From: Alphaproteobacteria bacterium
GTDB lineage: Bacteria; Pseudomonadota; Alphaproteobacteria; UBA828
DNA: 64,000 nt
Direction of reading: 5' to 3'
NCBI GenBank assembly: GCA_965221125.1
Contig: CBDCRW010000005.1
Location: 448,001-512,000, forward strand
In this document: positions 59,703-64,000 of the stretch, piece by piece
How positions within the stretch are numbered: the first letter of the stretch is position 1
How the letters are laid out: every line of letters begins with the position of its first letter
The notes under the pieces: generated by a model
Database searches by the model: none
Told to the model about the DNA's origin: nothing
Seen by the model: the letters and a program-made list of their open reading frames with translations, nothing else
Program-made: the position numbers and the translations under genes

Positions 59703-61199
59703 ATGGCCACCTCGACGATACCGATGGCGCGGGGCCTGCCGGTCGTCGGCAGCGTCTTCGACTTGGCGCGGGACGTGCGCGCCTTCATGACCGACAACTA
59801 CCTGGAGCACGGGCCGGTCTACGGCATGCGCCTGTTCAACCGGCGCTTCACCGTGCTGGCCGGGATGGAGGCCAACCGCTTCCTCGCGCGCGAGGGCACG
59901 AAGCACGTTCGCTCGTTCGAGTTCTGGAGCGGCTTCAACGCCTGGTTCGGCGCGGCACGGTCGACGCTGAGCGCCGACGGGCCGGAGCATGCGGCGTTCC
60001 GGCGCACGCTGAAGCGGGGCTATTCGCGCGAGTACGCCGTGGAGCACATCGACGGCCTCGTCGACATCGCCCGCCGCGAGATCGCGGCGTGGCCAGAGGG
60101 CAAGCCGATGCCCGCGCTGCCGGCGCTGCAGCGCATCGTCACCGACCAGGTGGGCACCCTGGTGGCCGGCGTCTCGCCCCGCCCCTACAACGACGACCTC
60201 GTCCGCTACGTCCACGGGCTGCTCTCGGCCACCATGGTCCCCGGCCCCTACGTGCGCTGGTCGCCCCGCTTCCGCCGTGCGTCCGCACGCGTGGACAAGC
60301 TCTACCACGAGGTGATCGAGCGCCATTCCGGCACGATGCGGGAGCGGCACGGCGCAGAGCCCGACCTGATCGACGACCTGCTGGACATGCACGAAGCGGA
60401 CCCGAAGTTCTTCCCCGAGGCGGACCTGAAGATCGCGGCGATGGGCCCCTTCGTCGCGGCGCTCGACACGGTGGCGGGCACGACCGCCTTCATGCTCTAC
60501 GCGCTGCTGCGCAACCCGGACGTGCTGGAGCGCGTGCGCGACGAGGCCGACGCCCTGCTTGCCGGCGACGTGCCGGCGGAGCAGGCGCTGCGCGAGATGG
60601 ATGCCACCCACCGCGCGGCCATGGAAACCATGCGGATGTATCCGGTGACCCCGATGCTCATCCGCACCGCCGCCAATTCCTTCGAGTTCGCGGGCCATCG
60701 CATCCCCGCCGGCGCGCGGCTGATCGTCGCCACCGCCGTGCCGCACTACCTGCCTGAATACTTCCCCGAGCCCGAGCGCTTCGACATCGACCGCTACACG
60801 CCGGAACGGGCGGAGCACAAGCAGGCTTACGTCTATGCGCCCTTCGGCCTCGGCCCCCATCGCTGCCTCGGCAGCGGCTTCGCCGAGGTGCAGATCGCCG
60901 CGACCATGGCGACCATCCTGAACGAGGTCGACCTCGACCTCGATCGGGCCGGCTACAGCCTGAAGACCACGCAGTTCCCCGTGCCCGCGCCGGCCGAATC
61001 GTTCAAGATCCGCGTCAGGGGCCGGCGCGGGGCCGCGCAGCCGCTCGCGGAGGGCAAGCCCTGGGGCGCGACGGGCGCCGTGCTCGGCAGCGCGCTGCTC
61101 GGCGGCGCGCTCTGGGGCGCGCTCGGCGCCGAGGCTGCGCGGGAAGCCTTTCGTTCGATAACGCCGGCGCAGCTCGGCCGGCGTCCGCTCATCCGATAA
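59703..61199 (+). CDS. Cytochrome P450
   Basis: 'GLPVVG', I-helix 'FVAALDTVA', 'ETMR' (ExxR), 'PERF', heme motif 'FGLGPHRCLG'. Confidence 0.95.
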   Translation: MATSTIPMARGLPVVGSVFDLARDVRAFMTDNYLEHGPVYGMRLFNRRFTVLAGMEANRFLAREGTKHVRSFEFWSGFNAWFGAARSTLSADGPEHAAFRRTLKRGYSREYAVEHIDGLVDIARREIAAWPEGKPMPALPALQRIVTDQVGTLVAGVSPRPYNDDLVRYVHGLLSATMVPGPYVRWSPRFRRASARVDKLYHEVIERHSGTMRERHGAEPDLIDDLLDMHEADPKFFPEADLKIAAMGPFVAALDTVAGTTAFMLYALLRNPDVLERVRDEADALLAGDVPAEQALREMDATHRAAMETMRMYPVTPMLIRTAANSFEFAGHRIPAGARLIVATAVPHYLPEYFPEPERFDIDRYTPERAEHKQAYVYAPFGLGPHRCLGSGFAEVQIAATMATILNEVDLDLDRAGYSLKTTQFPVPAPAESFKIRVRGRRGAAQPLAEGKPWGATGAVLGSALLGGALWGALGAEAAREAFRSITPAQLGRRPLIR

Positions 61200-62025
61200 G
61201 GGCGGCGTAGCGGTCGAGCAGCGGCATCACCCCGTCGCGCCCTTCGGAGGGCAACAGCAGCAGGGCGCGGTCCATCCCCGCCGCACGGCAGGCGTCCAGG
61301 TAGCCGGCTTCCGCCGCCGCCCCGAAGACCGTGGCGGAGACCGTGGCCGGATCGCGCCCTGCGGCCTCGGCGGCGGCCCTGAGCCTCGCCATGCCTTCCG
61401 CCGGATCGGGCAGCAGCGCGCCGCGCGGGAACCAGCCCGAGCAGAAGTCCATCACGCGGCGCATGGTGTGCACGGTCTCACCACCCAGCAGGATCGGCGG
61501 ATGCGGCTTCTGCACCGGCTTGGGCCACGACCAGCTCGGCTCGAAGGCGGTGAACTCGCCCTCGTAGGCCGCCTCGTCCTCGGTCCAGATCGCCTGCATC
61601 GCCTTGACCCGGTCCTCCATCAGGCGGAAGCGCATCTCGAAGCGCGTGCCGTGGTGCTCCATCTCCTCGGCGTTCCAGCCGGCGCCGATCCCGAAATCGA
61701 AGCGCCCGCCGGAGACGAGGTCGAGGCTCGCCACCGCCTTGGCGGTGACGATGGGGTCGCGCTCCGTCACCAGGCAGATGCCCGTGCCGAGCCGGAGCGT
61801 GCTGGTCACCGCCGCTGCCGCAGAGAGGCTCACGAAGGGGTCGAGCGTGTGGGAGTATTCCGGCGGCAGCTCCGCCCCGCCCCGCCAGGGCGAGCGCCGG
61901 CTGGTGGGGATGTGGGTGTGCTCCGGCACGAAAAGCGCCGCGAAGCCCCGCTCCTCCAGCGCCGGCGCAAGCTCGGTGAGCGCAATGGAATAGTCGGTGG
62001 CAAAGATGGTGACGCCGATTTGCAT
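61189..62025 (-). CDS. LLM-class F420-dependent oxidoreductase (Rv2161c-like)
   Basis: 'EERGF..LFVPEHTHIP', 'DPFV.L', 'AK.VASLD.VSGGR', 'GAGWN.EE', 'PKPVQ.PHPP'. Confidence 0.88.
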   Translation of the reverse strand: MQIGVTIFATDYSIALTELAPALEERGFAALFVPEHTHIPTSRRSPWRGGAELPPEYSHTLDPFVSLSAAAAVTSTLRLGTGICLVTERDPIVTAKAVASLDLVSGGRFDFGIGAGWNAEEMEHHGTRFEMRFRLMEDRVKAMQAIWTEDEAAYEGEFTAFEPSWSWPKPVQKPHPPILLGGETVHTMRRVMDFCSGWFPRGALLPDPAEGMARLRAAAEAAGRDPATVSATVFGAAAEAGYLDACRAAGMDRALLLLPSEGRDGVMPLLDRYAALIG

Positions 62026-62163
62026 GGGTGTCTGCTCCGAATGGGGTGGCGGATCGCGGCGGGGCCGGCGCGGCGGAAGCTCTCACGCCCCGCACGCCTT
62101 GACAAGGCGCCGGGGTGCGCGGAGCCTGCCCGCGCTGTCTCCGCCACCGCCCCGAGTAGCGCC

Positions 62164-63015
62164 ATGACCGAGGACACCTCCGCCGTAACCCCGGCCCCTT
62201 GGGAAAGCCCGACGCTGAGCCTCAAGGGCAGGGTCGCCATCGTGGCCGGCGCCGGCCAGACGCCGGGGCCGGTGATCGGCAACGGCCGGGCCACGGCCAT
62301 GCTCTTCGCCCGCGCCGGCGCGCACGTGATAGCCCTCGACCGCGACCGCGCCTCCGCCGGGGAAACCGCCGCCATGATCAAGGAAGACGGCGGCAGCGCC
62401 GAGGCCATGGTCGTCGACGTGACCGAAGAGGCTGCGCTGGTCGAAGTCGTGGAGGCCGTCGTCACCCGCCACGGGCGCATCGACGTGCTGCAGAACAACG
62501 TGGGCGTCGCCTACACCGGCGGGGATTCGCCGCTGGCAGACCTCGACGAAGCGAGCTTCGACCGGGTCATGGCGATCAACCTGCGCGGCACGGTGATGGC
62601 CTGCAAGCACGTCGTCCCGGTCATGCGGAGCCAGGGCGGCGGCGTCATCACCAACATCTCGTCCATCGCGGCGGTGGTCGACTACAAGTCGGTCACCTAC
62701 AAGACGAGCAAGGCCGGCATGATCGCCTTCTCCCGCCAGCTCGCGCTCGACTGCGCGCCGGACGGCGTGCGCGTGAACGCCATCCTGCCGGGCTACATGG
62801 ACACGCCCATGGCGGTGGACACGCAGGCGCGGCGCTACGGCAAGCCGCGCGAGGAGATCGCCGCCACCCGCGACACCTGGCAGCCGCTCCGGGGCGGTAT
62901 GGGCAGCGCCTGGGACGTGGCCCAGGCCTCGCTCTTCCTCGCTTCCGACGCCGCCCGCTTCATCACCGGCATCGCCCTGCCGGTCGACGGCGGCGTCATG
63001 GCGCGGATCGGCTGA
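62164..63015 (+). CDS. SDR family oxidoreductase
   Basis: 'AGAG......GNG', 'NNVG', 'NISSIA', 'YKTSK' (YxxxK), 'VRVNAILPG', 'VDGG'. Confidence 0.92.
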   Translation: MTEDTSAVTPAPWESPTLSLKGRVAIVAGAGQTPGPVIGNGRATAMLFARAGAHVIALDRDRASAGETAAMIKEDGGSAEAMVVDVTEEAALVEVVEAVVTRHGRIDVLQNNVGVAYTGGDSPLADLDEASFDRVMAINLRGTVMACKHVVPVMRSQGGGVITNISSIAAVVDYKSVTYKTSKAGMIAFSRQLALDCAPDGVRVNAILPGYMDTPMAVDTQARRYGKPREEIAATRDTWQPLRGGMGSAWDVAQASLFLASDAARFITGIALPVDGGVMARIG

Positions 63016-63031
63016 CCGGCGCGCGCGGTAC

Positions 63032-63715
63032 TCACCCGTTCCAGATCGGGTCCTTCAGGGTGGCGACGAAGGCGGCGTGCGCCGCTGCCTCGGCCTCCGA
63101 GGGCGGCGCGGGCGGGCGCGGCGTCCTGGTGCGCCTCGGCCCAGCGCCCGGCGCCGGTGCCGCGACAGCTGCCGGCGCTGCCTGCTGCAGGCCGAGCGCC
63201 GGCTGCCGGCCGCCGGTGAGCTCCAGGTAGACGTCGGTGAGCAGCTCGGCGTCGAGCAGGGCGCCGTGCTTCTCGCGCATGGAGCGATCGATCCCGAAGC
63301 GCTTGCAGAGGGCATCCAGGCTCGCCGGCGCGCCCGGATACTTTCGGCGCGCGATGACCAGCGTGTCCACCGTCCGCTCCGGCGGGATCGGGGGCCTCTC
63401 GATGCGCTCCAGCTCGGCGTTGAGGAAGCCCAGGTCGAAGGGCGCGTTGTGCATGACGAGCTTGGCGTCGCCGATGAATTCGAGGATCGCGTCGGCCTCG
63501 TCGGCGAAGCGCTTCTGCTTCGCGAGGAAGTCGCGGGTGAGCCCGTGCACGCGCTCGGCGCCCTCCGGCATGTCGCGCTCGGGGTCGAGATAGCGCTGGA
63601 AGCGGCGGCCCGAGGGGATGTGATTGACGAGCTCCACCGCGCCGACCTCGACGATCCTGTGGCCCGCCGAGGGGTCCAGGCCGGTGGTCTCGGTATCCAG
63701 CACGACTTCACGCAT
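63032..63715 (-). CDS. dnaQ: DNA polymerase III subunit epsilon
   Basis: 'VLDTETTGL', 'HNAPFD', 'SLDALC.R', 'HGALLD..LL..VY.EL.GGRQ'. Confidence 0.96.
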   Translation of the reverse strand: MREVVLDTETTGLDPSAGHRIVEVGAVELVNHIPSGRRFQRYLDPERDMPEGAERVHGLTRDFLAKQKRFADEADAILEFIGDAKLVMHNAPFDLGFLNAELERIERPPIPPERTVDTLVIARRKYPGAPASLDALCKRFGIDRSMREKHGALLDAELLTDVYLELTGGRQPALGLQQAAPAAVAAPAPGAGPRRTRTPRPPAPPSEAEAAAHAAFVATLKDPIWNG

Positions 63716-64000
63716 GATCGCCCTGCCCTTCCTGCGTCAGCGCCCCGGCCCAGCACTTGGGCCAGCGCGTGCCCCGCATGGCGCCGAGCCGGGCCGCGAG
63801 CCGCCGGGCCGCGAGCCGCGAGACCCGCCTGTCGAGGCCGGTTCGGATCACGAAGTCCGCCCGCCGGCGCTTCTCGGCATCCGGCATCTGGCGCGCGAGG
63901 ATGGCGGCCAGCCGTTCCTCGCTCATCCTCGCCCGGCCCAGCACCCGCGCGCGCTGCACCGCGGCCGGGGCGGAGACCACCAGGGTGGCGTCGCAGCGGG
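63708..64000 (-). CDS. coaE: Dephospho-CoA kinase, 5'-truncated by the window edge
   Basis: 'VVSAP..VQR.RV..R..M....[20 protein letters not shown]'; usual coaE-dnaQ order. Confidence 0.9.
   Translation of the reverse strand, partial: RCDATLVVSAPAAVQRARVLGRARMSEERLAAILARQMPDAEKRRRADFVIRTGLDRRVSRLAARRLAARLGAMRGTRWPKCWAGALTQEGQGDHA

Overview
A very GC-rich alphaproteobacterial chromosome segment (Rhodospirillales-like gene order; taxonomy is inferred). About 60 genes, with no rRNA, tRNA, CRISPR array or transposase seen. Core genes: purH, clpB, prmC-prfA-hisS-rodZ, lysC, ubiG, comF, tsaC, cysQ, apt, moaA, nadK, dnaQ, coaE. Accessory genes: F420-related enzymes, a GS-like ligase, a 2OG-Fe(II) oxygenase, hydantoinase plus DUF917, a polyamine-type ABC transporter, a desaturase with tandem BHMT-like methyltransferases, a Rieske/ferric-reductase-like operon and a P450. 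Main candidate for an undescribed system: the locus at 29.4-33.2 kb, where two exported proteins share a Cys-Asn-Pro-Cys repeat (a 77-aa peptide with 10 Cys, and a cytochrome P460 carrying a 141-aa tract with 40 Cys). They flank a His-rich DUF6969-like protein and an exported FGE-like enzyme with a CxxC, and a class I cytochrome c follows. Second highlight: a ~147-bp multi-hairpin repeat in four copies with compensatory base changes, each supplying the TAG stop codon of the upstream minus-strand gene. ispG, ptsP and grxC are missing from their usual neighbourhoods. All family calls come from reading motifs by eye; no database searches were run.
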